Notes under the pieces: model-generated
What the model saw: only the letters and a program-made list of their open reading frames with translations
Databases searched by the model: none
What the model was told of the DNA's origin: nothing
Shown: in pieces, positions 12,101 to 24,386 of the stretch
Position numbering within the stretch: the stretch's first letter is position 1
Layout: each line of letters starts with the position of its first letter
NCBI GenBank assembly: GCA_040389245.1
Contig: JAZKAH010000002.1
Coordinates: 2,182,402-2,246,401, forward strand
Direction of reading: 5' to 3'
Source: Pseudomonadota bacterium
GTDB lineage: Bacteria > Pseudomonadota > Alphaproteobacteria > Micropepsales > Micropepsaceae
Length of the DNA: 64,000 bases
Position numbers and translations under genes: made by a program

Positions 12101-12217
12101 AGGAAGACACAGAGTTTCTTCCGCCGCGCGGCAAAGCCGCTGGCGGGGGAGTTCGGTAACGTCAGTATACCGAACGGCTGCTAGGCCGCTTGCGGCCGTG
12201 GCAGACAGATGGGGGAA
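12101..12217 (+). repeat. Structured intergenic repeat family A, copy 1
   Basis: 12178-12217 is the exact 40-nt reverse complement of 54034-54073. The rest aligns with 54074-54150 and keeps three hairpins. Confidence 0.9.
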
Positions 12218-12225
12218 TAAAAAAC

Positions 12226-12759
12226 ATGCGGGGCTATTTCGGGGTCGGTGTGGACGGCATTTCCAAACCCATGAATCTGGGCAATTTGGTCCGGATCGCG
12301 CACGCCTTCGATGCCAGTTTCTTCTTTTCCATCGCGCCGCGTCTGAAATTGTCGGATGCACAGAGCGACACCTCGCGGGCGCAAGGGGCGTTGCCATTCT
12401 ATTCCTTTGCCGAGCCGAACGACATGCGCCTGCCGCTGGGCTGCCGGCTGGTCGGGGTGGAGATCACCGACGCCGCGGTGGAACTGCCGCGGTTTCATCA
12501 TCCCACCCGGGCGGCCTATGTGTTCGGCGCGGAGCGATTCTCCCTGTCGCCTCAGGTCCTGAAGGCCTGTGATTTTGTCGTGAAAATCCCCACCCGATTC
12601 TCCATCAATGTCGGCATGGCGGGCGCCATCGTGCTTTACGACCGGTTGATCTCATTGGGCGGCTATGGGGCAAGGCCGGTCGCGACGGGCGGGCAAGGTG
12701 CCGAAATACCCCCACTGCATACATGGGGTGCGCCATTGGCAAAGCCGCGGAACGAATAA
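12226..12759 (+). CDS. TrmH/SpoU family RNA methyltransferase
   Basis: N.GNLVR.AHAF, LVGVE, YVFGAERFSL and SINVGMAGAIVLYD SPOUT motifs. Confidence 0.9.
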   Translation: MRGYFGVGVDGISKPMNLGNLVRIAHAFDASFFFSIAPRLKLSDAQSDTSRAQGALPFYSFAEPNDMRLPLGCRLVGVEITDAAVELPRFHHPTRAAYVFGAERFSLSPQVLKACDFVVKIPTRFSINVGMAGAIVLYDRLISLGGYGARPVATGGQGAEIPPLHTWGAPLAKPRNE

Positions 12760-12850
12760 GCCGCGGTAGTGCGAATCCGTTTTGCGTCAAGGCGGCACGG
12801 CCAAAAATAGGCCGCTTCCCAAGGTGCGGGCGGCATGTTAGTTCCACAGC

Positions 12851-13597
12851 ATGACCCCCGCACTTTCCATTTCCCATCTGCGCAAGGTTTATCGCAGCGG
12901 CACCGTCGCGGTCGAAGACATTTCGCTGATAATTCCCGAAGGGGAATTTTTCGGGTTTCTCGGGCCGAACGGCGCGGGCAAGTCCACCACCATTCATTGC
13001 ATCACCGGCGTCGCGGAGCCGAGCTCCGGCAAGATCGAGATTTTCGGCATCGACGCGGTGAAGAATTACCGCGAAGCCCGCCGCCTGGTCGGGCTTTGCC
13101 CGCAGGAATTCAATGTCGACCCTTTCGCCAATCCGCGCCAGATCGTGGACTGGATGGGGGGCTATTTCGGCATGGGCGCCAAGCAGCGCAAGGAACGCAT
13201 CGATCTTCTGATGGAACGTTTCGATCTCATCGCGCACCAGAAAAAACAGTTTCGCGAATTGTCGGGCGGGCTGAAGCGCCGGGTGGTGCTGGCGCGCGCC
13301 CTGATCAACGATCCCAAGCTCATCATCCTGGACGAGCCCACCGCCGGGGTGGATGTGGAATTGCGCCGGGTGCTGTGGCGCTATCTGACCGAGATCAACC
13401 GGGACGGCCGCACCATCCTTCTCACCTCGCACTATCTGGAAGAGGTGGAGCGGCTTTGCCGGCACGTGGCGATCGTCAACAAAGGCCGGATCGTGCGGGA
13501 AGGCACCAAGGACGAGATTGCCGGCGCTCCGGGCGGGCTGGAAAACGCCTATCTGATCGCGACCGGCGCCGAACCCGATCATGTGGCGGGGCAGTGA
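12851..13597 (+). CDS. ABC transporter ATP-binding protein (YadG-like)
   Basis: Walker A GPNGAGKST, signature LSGGLKRR, Walker B ILDEPT. Confidence 0.93.
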   Translation: MTPALSISHLRKVYRSGTVAVEDISLIIPEGEFFGFLGPNGAGKSTTIHCITGVAEPSSGKIEIFGIDAVKNYREARRLVGLCPQEFNVDPFANPRQIVDWMGGYFGMGAKQRKERIDLLMERFDLIAHQKKQFRELSGGLKRRVVLARALINDPKLIILDEPTAGVDVELRRVLWRYLTEINRDGRTILLTSHYLEEVERLCRHVAIVNKGRIVREGTKDEIAGAPGGLENAYLIATGAEPDHVAGQ

Positions 13598-13598
13598 C

Positions 13599-14378
13599 AT
13601 GAACCGGCCAATGGGCATCAACTGGATCGGCCTTTACACCATGGTGCGGCGGGAAGCGTCGCGCATGGCGCGTATCCCCATTCAAGCCTTCGTCGCGCCC
13701 TGGATTTCGGCGCTGCTGTTTATCTTCATTTTCGGTTCGGTGGTGGGCGGCCGTATTTCCCAGATCGGTGGCCATAAATATCTGGAGTTCGTCCTGCCGG
13801 GCGTGCTGATGCTGAACATCGTCAATGCGGCTTTCCTGCAAGCGTCCACGGCGATCTATTTTTCCCGCTTCATCAAATTCGTGGAAGAAATGCTGGTGGC
13901 GCCGCTCTCCTATGTGGAAATGATTGTCGGCAATCTCAGTGTGGTGGTGTTGCGCTCCACTGTCACCGGCATCGGCATTCTTCTGATGGGCATCGGTTTT
14001 GGCGCCACCCACATCGAATCCTGGCCGATGTTCCTGTTCTGGATCGTCAGCGTCTCGACGGTTTTCGGTCTGCTCGGCCTTATCATCGGGCTCTGGTCCA
14101 AGAGCTTCGAGCAGCTCAACATGCCGGTTGTTTTCTTCCTCACCCCGCTGTCGATGGTGGGCGGCGTGTTCAACACGGTCTCGATGCTGCCGGCCAAGCT
14201 GCAATGGCTGGCCTACATCAATCCCTTCTTCTATTTCATCAATGGCATTCGCGGCGCCATGATCGGCTTTGACGAGGCGCCGCAGGGCCTCGGGATAAGC
14301 CTGACGCTTGGGCTGCTGGTGGTTCTGGGCGTGACCGTCTGGCGGCTTTATGCCAAGGGCTATGGCCTCAGGGAATGA
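13599..14378 (+). CDS. ABC-2 type permease (YadH-like)
   Basis: Six hydrophobic segments; EEMLVAPLS and NPFFYFINGIR motifs; follows the ATPase gene. Confidence 0.9.
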   Translation: MNRPMGINWIGLYTMVRREASRMARIPIQAFVAPWISALLFIFIFGSVVGGRISQIGGHKYLEFVLPGVLMLNIVNAAFLQASTAIYFSRFIKFVEEMLVAPLSYVEMIVGNLSVVVLRSTVTGIGILLMGIGFGATHIESWPMFLFWIVSVSTVFGLLGLIIGLWSKSFEQLNMPVVFFLTPLSMVGGVFNTVSMLPAKLQWLAYINPFFYFINGIRGAMIGFDEAPQGLGISLTLGLLVVLGVTVWRLYAKGYGLRE

Positions 14379-14503
14379 CGCGGAGCTGCCGAGCGTTGCG
14401 GGGCCGGGACCGCTTCGCTATTGTCCGGTGAAATTGGTGCGAACCCCATGAAATCGCCCGATTTCGGCCCCATACACGATTTGCCGGACATATTGGAGCA
14501 TTC

Positions 14504-15037
14504 ATGATTCGCAAAATTCTGCTGGGTTCCCTGTGCGCCCTTTCATTGACCTTCCCGGCGCTAACCACCCCGGCTTTCGCCGATGCGGCCAACCTTCTGG
14601 GCGCCTTCGGGAACTGGTCGGCCTATTCCACGGGCACGGGCAACAGCATGACCTGCTATGCCATGTCCAAGCCCCGCGCCATGCAACCCAGGAACACCAA
14701 GCGCGCCGTGACCTACCTGATGGTGTCGGACTGGCCCAGCCGCAAGGTGAAGGCAGAGCCGGAAATCGTGCCGGGCTATGAATATAAGGAAAGCGCGCCG
14801 GTGAGCCTGGCGATCGGGCCGGACAAATTCGTCTTTTTCGCCCGCAACGAAGCCAAGAGCGGCAGCGCCTGGCTGCAGTCGCTGGGCGACAATCAGCGCC
14901 TGATCGATGTCATGAGCAAGGGCGTGTCGGCGGTGGCGGCGGGGACATCTTCGCGCGGCACCAAGACGACCGACACTTATTCGCTGGCGGGCTTCAACGA
15001 CGCGCTCGCCAAAATCCATGCCGTCTGCAACATGTAA
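14504..15037 (+). CDS. Invasion-associated locus B (IalB)-like exported protein
   Basis: Signal peptide; G.FGNWSAY...CY start, D.YSLAGF..A...I...C end; lies before rlmN. Confidence 0.7.
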   Translation: MIRKILLGSLCALSLTFPALTTPAFADAANLLGAFGNWSAYSTGTGNSMTCYAMSKPRAMQPRNTKRAVTYLMVSDWPSRKVKAEPEIVPGYEYKESAPVSLAIGPDKFVFFARNEAKSGSAWLQSLGDNQRLIDVMSKGVSAVAAGTSSRGTKTTDTYSLAGFNDALAKIHAVCNM

Positions 15038-16166
15038 ATCCCTGATCGGTCTGGAGCCGGCATCGCTCTCTGCGACGCTGGCCGGCGCAGGCGTGCCCGA
15101 GAAGTCGGTGCCGATGCGATCGCGCCAATTGTGGAACTGGATCTATGTGCATGGCGCGCGCGATTTCGCCAGCATGAGCAATCTGGCCAAGGATTTCCGC
15201 GGCGAGATGGCGGAACAATTCACCCTGGCGCGGCCGGAGGTGGTGACCGAGCAGATTTCCAATGACGGCACCCGCAAATGGCTGCTGCGCACCGGGCCTG
15301 GGATCGAATTCGAGACCGTCTATATTCCGGAAGCCGATCGCGGCACGCTCTGCGTCTCCTCGCAGGTCGGCTGCACCCTCAATTGCCGCTTCTGCCATAC
15401 CGGCACGCAAAAGCTGGTGCGCAATCTGACTGCGGACGAAATCGTGGGTCAGATTTTGGTGGCGCGCGATAGTCTGGGCGATTGGCCGTCCACGGCGCCC
15501 GGCCGCAAGGTCACCAATGTGGTGATGATGGGCATGGGCGAGCCGCTTTACAATTTCGACAATGTCAAAGCCGCGCTGTCGATCGTGATCGACGGCGATG
15601 GCCTGGCCCTGTCGAAGCGCCGCGTGACGCTTTCCACCGCCGGGGTGGTGCCGATGATCGCGCGGGCTGGGGCCGAGATCGGCTCGGGTCTGGCGATTTC
15701 CCTGCATGCGGTGCGCGATGAATTGCGCGACGTAATCGTGCCCATCAACAAGAAATATCCGATCAAGGAATTGCTGGACGCCTGCCGCACCTATCCGGGG
15801 GCGTCGAATTCGCGCCGCATCACCTTCGAATATGTGATGCTGAAAGGCGTCAATGACAGCCTGGCCGATGCGCGCGAGTTGGTACGGCTGCTCGCGGGCA
15901 TTCCCGCCAAGATCAACCTGATCCCGTTCAATCCCTGGCCGGGCGCGCCCTATGAATGTTCCGACTGGGCCCAGATCGAGAAATTCGCCGAGATCGTCAA
16001 CAACGCAGGCTACGCCAGCCCGGTGCGAACCCCGCGCGGCCGCGACATCATGGCGGCCTGCGGGCAGCTCAAGAGCGAAAGCGTGAAGGAGCGGGCTTCC
16101 ACCAAACTGGCGGCCGAGAAGCTGGCCGCCATGCAGTCGGGTCAGTTGGCCAGGATGCCGTCTTAA
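15018..16166 (+). CDS. rlmN: 23S rRNA/tRNA m2A methyltransferase (radical SAM)
   Basis: [24 protein letters not shown] and [12 protein letters not shown] motifs. Start codon uncertain. Confidence 0.95.
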   Translation: MPSATCKSLIGLEPASLSATLAGAGVPEKSVPMRSRQLWNWIYVHGARDFASMSNLAKDFRGEMAEQFTLARPEVVTEQISNDGTRKWLLRTGPGIEFETVYIPEADRGTLCVSSQVGCTLNCRFCHTGTQKLVRNLTADEIVGQILVARDSLGDWPSTAPGRKVTNVVMMGMGEPLYNFDNVKAALSIVIDGDGLALSKRRVTLSTAGVVPMIARAGAEIGSGLAISLHAVRDELRDVIVPINKKYPIKELLDACRTYPGASNSRRITFEYVMLKGVNDSLADARELVRLLAGIPAKINLIPFNPWPGAPYECSDWAQIEKFAEIVNNAGYASPVRTPRGRDIMAACGQLKSESVKERASTKLAAEKLAAMQSGQLARMPS

Positions 16167-16221
16167 GGCTGGATTTTCAGCCCTTAATCCCTATAGTCCC
16201 GGCGATTTTCGGGAAAATTCC

Positions 16222-17457
16222 ATGGCCAAGCGCGACATCAAGAAAGTGGTCCTTGCCTATTCCGGCGGGCTGGACACCTCGGTCATCCTCAAATGGCTGC
16301 AGACCGAGTATGGCGCCGAGGTGGTGACCTTCACCGCCGATCTGGGACAAGGCGAAGAGATCGAGCCGGCCCGCAAGAAGGCCGAGTTCCTGGGCATCAA
16401 GCCGGAAAATATCTTCATCGAGGATCTGCGCGAGGAATTCGTCCGCGACTATGTCTTTCCGATGTTCCGGGCCAATGCCCTGTATGAGGGGGTCTATCTG
16501 CTCGGCACCTCCATTGCACGTCCCCTGATCGCCAAGAAGCAGATCGAGATCGCGGAAAAGGTCGGCGCCGATGCGGTGGCGCATGGCGCCACCGGCAAGG
16601 GCAACGATCAGGTGCGGTTCGAACTGGGGTATTATGCGCTCAAGCCCAACATCAAGGTGATCGCGCCCTGGCGGGAATGGGATCTCACCAGCCGCACCAA
16701 GCTGTTGGAATTCGCCGAGGCGCACCAAATTCCCATCGCCAAGGACAAGCGCGGCGAAGCGCCCTTCTCGGTGGACGCCAATCTCCTGCACTCGTCCTCG
16801 GAAGGAAAAGTGCTGGAAGATCCGTCGCAGGAAGCCGACAGCGTTGTTTATCAACGCACCATTTCGCCGGAAGACGCGCCGGACAAGGCGACCATAATCG
16901 AAATCGGCTTCGACAAAGGCGACGCGGTTTCCATCGATGGCGAAAAGCTTTCGCCGGCGACTTTGCTCGCGCGGTTGAATGCGCTGGGCAAGGCCAACGG
17001 CATCGGACGCCTTGACCTGGTGGAAAACCGCTTCGTCGGCATGAAGTCGCGCGGCGTCTATGAGACCCCCGGCGGCACCATCCTGATCGCCGCCCATCGC
17101 GGCATCGAAAGCATCACCCTGGATCGCGGCGCGGCGCATCTGAAGGACGACATCATGCCCCGCTATGCCGAACTGATTTACAACGGTTTCTGGTTCTCGC
17201 CCGAGCGCGAGATGCTGCAGGCCCTGATCGACAAGAGCCAGGAATTCGTTGCCGGCTCGGTCAGGCTCAAACTCTACAAAGGCAATGTCGATGTCATCGG
17301 GCGTACCTCTCCCTATTCGCTCTACAGCGAAAGCCTGGTGACCTTTGAGGACGACAAGGGCGCTTATGACCAGAAGGACGCCCAGGGTTTCATCAAGCTG
17401 AACGCGCTGCGCCTGCGGACCTTGGCCATGCGCAAACGCCAGGCTCAGACGAAATGA
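16222..17457 (+). CDS. argG: Argininosuccinate synthase
   Basis: [24 protein letters not shown] and [10 protein letters not shown] motifs. Confidence 0.98.
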   Translation: MAKRDIKKVVLAYSGGLDTSVILKWLQTEYGAEVVTFTADLGQGEEIEPARKKAEFLGIKPENIFIEDLREEFVRDYVFPMFRANALYEGVYLLGTSIARPLIAKKQIEIAEKVGADAVAHGATGKGNDQVRFELGYYALKPNIKVIAPWREWDLTSRTKLLEFAEAHQIPIAKDKRGEAPFSVDANLLHSSSEGKVLEDPSQEADSVVYQRTISPEDAPDKATIIEIGFDKGDAVSIDGEKLSPATLLARLNALGKANGIGRLDLVENRFVGMKSRGVYETPGGTILIAAHRGIESITLDRGAAHLKDDIMPRYAELIYNGFWFSPEREMLQALIDKSQEFVAGSVRLKLYKGNVDVIGRTSPYSLYSESLVTFEDDKGAYDQKDAQGFIKLNALRLRTLAMRKRQAQTK

Positions 17458-18290
17458 CGGCGAACCAGGCTCAGATCGATTACTGGAATGGTCCGACCGG
17501 TAAAAAATGGGCCAAGCACAGCAGCGAGACCGACCGCAATCTGGCGGAAGCCGCCGAGGCGGCACTGAAACTCGCCAACGCCAGGCCCGGCGAGCGGGTC
17601 TTGGATATTGGCTGCGGCGCCGGCGTGACCAGTCTGATGCTGGCGGATGCCGTCGGTCCCGGCGGCCATGTTACGGGCGTGGATGTGTCCCAGCCCATGC
17701 TCGCCCTGGCGCGGTCGCGGACGGATGCGAAGAATGTCGATTTTATCGAGGCCGACGCGTCGCTTTATCCCTTCGATGCGCAATACGATCTGATTTTCTC
17801 GCGCTTCGGGGTGATGTTCTTTGTCGATCCGCTGGTAGCCTTCCTCAATATCCGAAAGGCTTCGGCGAAAGGCGGTCGGCTGGCTTTTATCTGCTGGCGC
17901 GGGGTTGCAGAGAATGAATGGGTGGAACTGCCTTACCGGGCGGCCAAACCCCTGCTGCCGGAGCAGAAGCCCGTTCCTCCGCATGCACCCGGCCCCTTCG
18001 CATTCGCCGACGCGGATCGGGTCCGGAGCATTTTGGCCGGTGCGGGTTTTTCGGAAATCGGTATCGAGAAATTCGATGGGATGATGGATCTGGGCTCGTC
18101 GCCCGAGGAGGCGAGCTTTCAGGTCACCCAATTGATGGGACCGACGGCTCGAGCGCTTCGCGATGTGGACGAGGCGACCCGGGCCCGGGTGCAGGATGCC
18201 GTTCGCAAGGCGCTGGCGGAATTCCAGACCGGTACCCAGAATATCCGTCTCGGCATCGCCTGCTGGCTGGTCAGCGCCAAGGCCAGCTGA
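17454..18290 (+). CDS. Class I SAM-dependent methyltransferase
   Basis: VLDIGCGAG and SRFGVMFF motifs; ATGA overlap with argG. Confidence 0.88.
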   Translation: MTANQAQIDYWNGPTGKKWAKHSSETDRNLAEAAEAALKLANARPGERVLDIGCGAGVTSLMLADAVGPGGHVTGVDVSQPMLALARSRTDAKNVDFIEADASLYPFDAQYDLIFSRFGVMFFVDPLVAFLNIRKASAKGGRLAFICWRGVAENEWVELPYRAAKPLLPEQKPVPPHAPGPFAFADADRVRSILAGAGFSEIGIEKFDGMMDLGSSPEEASFQVTQLMGPTARALRDVDEATRARVQDAVRKALAEFQTGTQNIRLGIACWLVSAKAS

Positions 18291-18291
18291 A

Positions 18292-18821
18292 TCAGTTCGG
18301 CGGTTCGGTTCCCAGCACGCTGGCGCGCATCCAGCCCGTGATGTCGCCATCTTGGACCTTGGCCCATTGGCCATCGCTGGCCAGCAAAATCACTTCGGCG
18401 CCCTTGGTTTCCTTCTTCAGGCTTTTGCCGGATGTGCTTTCCGTTTCGCGCAGCACGGAACCTTCGCGGTGGACGTACCGTACCGAAGATGTGGCAGCTG
18501 ACGGCCCAGCGACAATCACCTGCGATTGGGTCTGTGGTTCGGATTTCGGCGCGACCACCTTTTCGATCTTGCTCCAATGCTGGAACGCCCAGAAGCCCAG
18601 TCCAGCAATCACGGCCAGGATGCCAAGCTTGCCGCCATGGCCACCCAGCTTGGAGCGATAAGAGAGGCCGGTGCCCGGGATGCCGGCATTGGTGGTCACG
18701 CCACCCCGGCCGATATTCACATCGGCGCCGCGCGGTCCCAGGCTGGTGGAAACGCCGCCCTTGCTCAGATTGATGCGGATCCCAGGCAGGATGCTGAGCC
18801 GCTTCTGGAAACGGAAGCCCA

Positions 18822-18822
<1 letters not shown>
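18292..18822 (-). CDS. DUF4236-like domain, transmembrane helix and bacterial SH3 domain
   Basis: MGFRFQKRLSILPGIRINLSKGGVSTSLG...GIPGTGLSY; one hydrophobic helix; C-terminal DGQWAKVQ...GWMRASVL. ATG overlaps the gyrB stop. Confidence 0.75.
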
Positions 18823-21245
<2,423 letters not shown>

Positions 21246-21854
21246 TCACTTCACCATGATCGCAATGCCGGCGCCGGCCATGACAATGCCTGCGCCCTTG
21301 TTGATGCGGCGGCGTGCCTTCACGCTCGCCACCAGGTCTTTCAGCCGCGCTGCGGCGGCCGCATATCCCATCGTAATTGCCGGGATCAGCACGAGCGTAG
21401 CGCCCACCAGTTCCAGATAGCCCAGGAAGGTAAGGCGGCTGAGGTCGATGGCGGTGGGCTGCAGCGCCACGAAAAAGGCAATCGCCTTGGGATTGGAAAG
21501 CGTAATTCCCAGCTGGGTGAGAAAGCCGCGGCCGGCGCTTTCCGGCATGATCTCCGACTGTTCGGAAACTGTCGCCGTCCAGTATTTGTAACCGAGGAAG
21601 AGCAGATACAAGCCCCCGGCGATCTTGACGATCTGGAACATCTGTCCCATCGCCTGGGCCGCCAGGGCAAGGCCGAAGGCGGACAGGGTCATCAGGATCA
21701 GGTCTCCCGCGGTAACGCCCAGGCAGGCAGGCACCGTGGCGCGGAATCCCGAACCCAAGGCGCGGGCCACGATGGAGATGACGCCGGGTCCCGGCACCGC
21801 GATGGCGACGGCATAGAGCAGGCAATAGAGCAGGAAATTGTGCAGCGGGATCAT
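21246..21854 (-). CDS. LysE family translocator
   Basis: PGPG, GD, GG.YLL.LG and NPKAI.FF motifs; abuts recF and gyrB. Confidence 0.9.
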   Translation of the reverse strand: MIPLHNFLLYCLLYAVAIAVPGPGVISIVARALGSGFRATVPACLGVTAGDLILMTLSAFGLALAAQAMGQMFQIVKIAGGLYLLFLGYKYWTATVSEQSEIMPESAGRGFLTQLGITLSNPKAIAFFVALQPTAIDLSRLTFLGYLELVGATLVLIPAITMGYAAAAARLKDLVASVKARRRINKGAGIVMAGAGIAIMVK

Positions 21855-23002
21855 GCGCCCGCCTCCAGGAACAATCCGTCCCGGACTTCGAAGATCTGCG
21901 CCTGTGCGCCCTCGAACAGGGAAAGATCGGTGCCGGTCATCCAGGCCTGGGCGCCGAGACCGGCGATCTCCTCGAACAAAGCGGCGCGGCGGATGATGTC
22001 CAGATGGGCGGCGATCTCGTCCAGCAGCAGCAACGGAGCCATGCCGTCCCGCGCCCGCGACAGTTCGCGCGCGAAGGCCAGCATGATGGAAATCAGGAGC
22101 GCTTTCTGTTCTCCGGTGGAGCAGTCGCGCGCATCCGCCCGCTTTTGCGTATGGCGGGTGGCGAGGTCGGCGAGATGCGGCCCGGCATTGGTGCGGCCGC
22201 TTTCCGCATCCCGGATGCGGGACCGCGCCAGCGCATGACGCAAAGTGTCGGCATCGCCGAAATCCTCGCCCGCCAGCGACAGAGCAGCGGCGGGGAATGC
22301 GCCGCCGCGTTCGCTCAGCGCCAGGTTGAGACGCGCCACCGTGGTTTTGCGCGCGGCGGCGAGCATTATGCCCGCTTCCGCCATTTCATTTTCCAGTCCA
22401 TCCAGCCAGGCAGGGTCGCGGGGCCCGTATTTCAGAAGGCGCGCCCGTTCGCGCATCGCGGTTTCATAACGGGTGGCGGCACGGGCATGACCGGCATCGA
22501 AGCCCAGCACCAGCCGGTCGAGGAAGCGCCGCCGGCCGGAAGCGCTTTCGATGAAGAGCCGGTCCATTGCCGGCGTCAGCCACACCATCTGCACGACTTC
22601 GCCCAGTTCGGCGGAGCCCTTAGCCTCGACGCCATTGAGCCGCACATGCCGGCTGGAGGATTGCTCCGTCAGGCCAGTGCCGATTTCATACTCGGTGTCT
22701 CCGCGCCGGACGGTTGCCGCCACCGCCCACCGCGCTTCGGAGGGCTGGATGGGACCTTTGCGCACATGTTCCGCCAACTTGGCGCCGCGCAGTCCCCGTC
22801 CCGGCGACAGGAGGGAAATGGCATCCAGAATGTTGGTCTTGCCCGCGCCGTTCGGGCCGGCCAGCACCACGGACGCGCCCGCATTTGCCAGCGCGCCGGT
22901 GGCATAGGACCTGAAATTGGCGAGGCTGAGGCGCGTCACCGCCAGCTTCGCCGGAATGGCGCGAACCTCGCCCAACGGGCGTGTATCCTGCGCGGCGGTC
23001 AA
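21851..23002 (-). CDS. recF: DNA replication/repair protein RecF
   Basis: NFRSY, GPNGAGKTN, STGEQK and LLLDEIAAHLD motifs; TTG start. Confidence 0.95.
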   Translation of the reverse strand: MTAAQDTRPLGEVRAIPAKLAVTRLSLANFRSYATGALANAGASVVLAGPNGAGKTNILDAISLLSPGRGLRGAKLAEHVRKGPIQPSEARWAVAATVRRGDTEYEIGTGLTEQSSSRHVRLNGVEAKGSAELGEVVQMVWLTPAMDRLFIESASGRRRFLDRLVLGFDAGHARAATRYETAMRERARLLKYGPRDPAWLDGLENEMAEAGIMLAAARKTTVARLNLALSERGGAFPAAALSLAGEDFGDADTLRHALARSRIRDAESGRTNAGPHLADLATRHTQKRADARDCSTGEQKALLISIMLAFARELSRARDGMAPLLLLDEIAAHLDIIRRAALFEEIAGLGAQAWMTGTDLSLFEGAQAQIFEVRDGLFLEAGA

Positions 23003-23004
23003 TC

Positions 23005-24126
23005 TCAGACCCTGAGGGGCATGAGGACGTAAAGCGTGCGCGCGTCCTCCGCGTCTTCGATGATGGCGGGCGAACCCGCGTCCGAGAGCAGGAAGCGCAC
23101 TTCCTTGCCTTCGATCTGGCCGGTGATGTCCAGCAGATAGCGGGCGTTGAAGCCGATCTCCAGGGCGGCGGCGCTATAGGTGGCGCCGACATCCTCGGTA
23201 GCGGTTCCGGATTCCGGATTGACCACCGACAGGGTCACCTTGTCCTTGGCGATATTGAGCTTCACCGCACGGGTCTTGTCGGCCGAGATGGTGGAAACGC
23301 GATCGACCGACTGGGAGAATTCCTTGGCTTCCAGCGCCAGGGCCTTGTCGTTACCGGAGGGGATGACCCGCTCATAGGGCGGGAAATTGCCGTCGATCAG
23401 CTTGGAGGTCAGTTCCACGCCGTTGAAGCCGAACTGGATCTTGGTGTCGGACAGCGAAATCTCGATGGCGCCGTCGGAATCGTCCAGCAGCTTGCGCAGC
23501 TCGCCCACCGTCTTGCGGGGAATGATCACGCCGGGGATCTGGGCCGCGCCATCGGGCAGGTCCAATTCATACCGGGCAAGACGATGGCCGTCTGTCGCCA
23601 CTGCGCGCATCACCGGCGGTGTCGCGTCCTTGGCGGCATGGATGTAGATGCCGTTCAGATAATAGCGTGTCTCTTCGGTGGAAATCGCAAAGCGTGTCTT
23701 GTCGATGATGCGTTTGAGATCGTCCGCCGCCAGCCGGAAACGGTGGGGCAGGGTACCCGCCGCCATCTGGGGGAAATCCTCTTTCGGCAGGCATGCCAGC
23801 TCAAAGCGCGAATGGCCGGCAGACACGGCCAGGCGGCCGCCTTCGCTGGTCAGCAACTCCACTTGCACCTGGGCGCCGTCCGGCAATTTGCGGACGATGT
23901 CGTGGAGCATATGGGCCGGTGCGGTGGCGGAGCCGTTGCGCAGGATGTCGGCGGGAATGGATTCCACGATCTCGATATCCAGGTCGGTGGCGGTCAGCTT
24001 GAGCGCGCCCTTGGACGCCTCCATCATCACATTGGACAGGATCGGGATGGTGTTGCGCCGCTCCACCACGCTCTGAACATGGGAAAGCGCCTTCAAGAAT
24101 GCGCCGCGTTCGACATTGATCTTCAT
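23005..24126 (-). CDS. dnaN: DNA polymerase III beta sliding clamp
   Basis: VERRNTIPILSN, ATDLD, ETRYYLNG and VLMPLRV motifs. Confidence 0.97.
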   Translation of the reverse strand: MKINVERGAFLKALSHVQSVVERRNTIPILSNVMMEASKGALKLTATDLDIEIVESIPADILRNGSATAPAHMLHDIVRKLPDGAQVQVELLTSEGGRLAVSAGHSRFELACLPKEDFPQMAAGTLPHRFRLAADDLKRIIDKTRFAISTEETRYYLNGIYIHAAKDATPPVMRAVATDGHRLARYELDLPDGAAQIPGVIIPRKTVGELRKLLDDSDGAIEISLSDTKIQFGFNGVELTSKLIDGNFPPYERVIPSGNDKALALEAKEFSQSVDRVSTISADKTRAVKLNIAKDKVTLSVVNPESGTATEDVGATYSAAALEIGFNARYLLDITGQIEGKEVRFLLSDAGSPAIIEDAEDARTLYVLMPLRV

Positions 24127-24318
24127 CGGTCTGATTCGCGCCTTCTGAGAAAGCGTCCCATCGCTGATAAAAGCCCGTTTCCGGACGGCGGTTTCGGTTA
24201 CGGAAATGAGCCCGGAAAACCCCAAATTTCTTGTGTTTTGGAGCGAATACCGGTCGCCCGAAGGCGGCCCCAAGACTCAAGTGACGGACCATACCAAAAG
24301 GGGGGCAAAAAGGGCAAA

Positions 24319-24345
24319 AAAAACGCCGGCAAAACCGGCGTTTTT
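24319..24345 (-). terminator. Intrinsic terminator-like hairpin downstream of dnaA
   Basis: AAAAACGCCGG-CAAAA-CCGGCGTTTTT; gives a U8 tail on the minus strand. Confidence 0.7.
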
Positions 24346-24386
24346 CTGCTTGGAAATAGGGCCTTTCCCCGGGTTTTTGGAGCGTC

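Noticed and set aside
17439-17475. 11-bp direct repeat CCAGGCTCAGA at the argG / methyltransferase junction as an insertion scar
   Set aside because: Both copies are coding, only 15 nt apart, and no element lies between them. Chance or a micro-duplication is enough.
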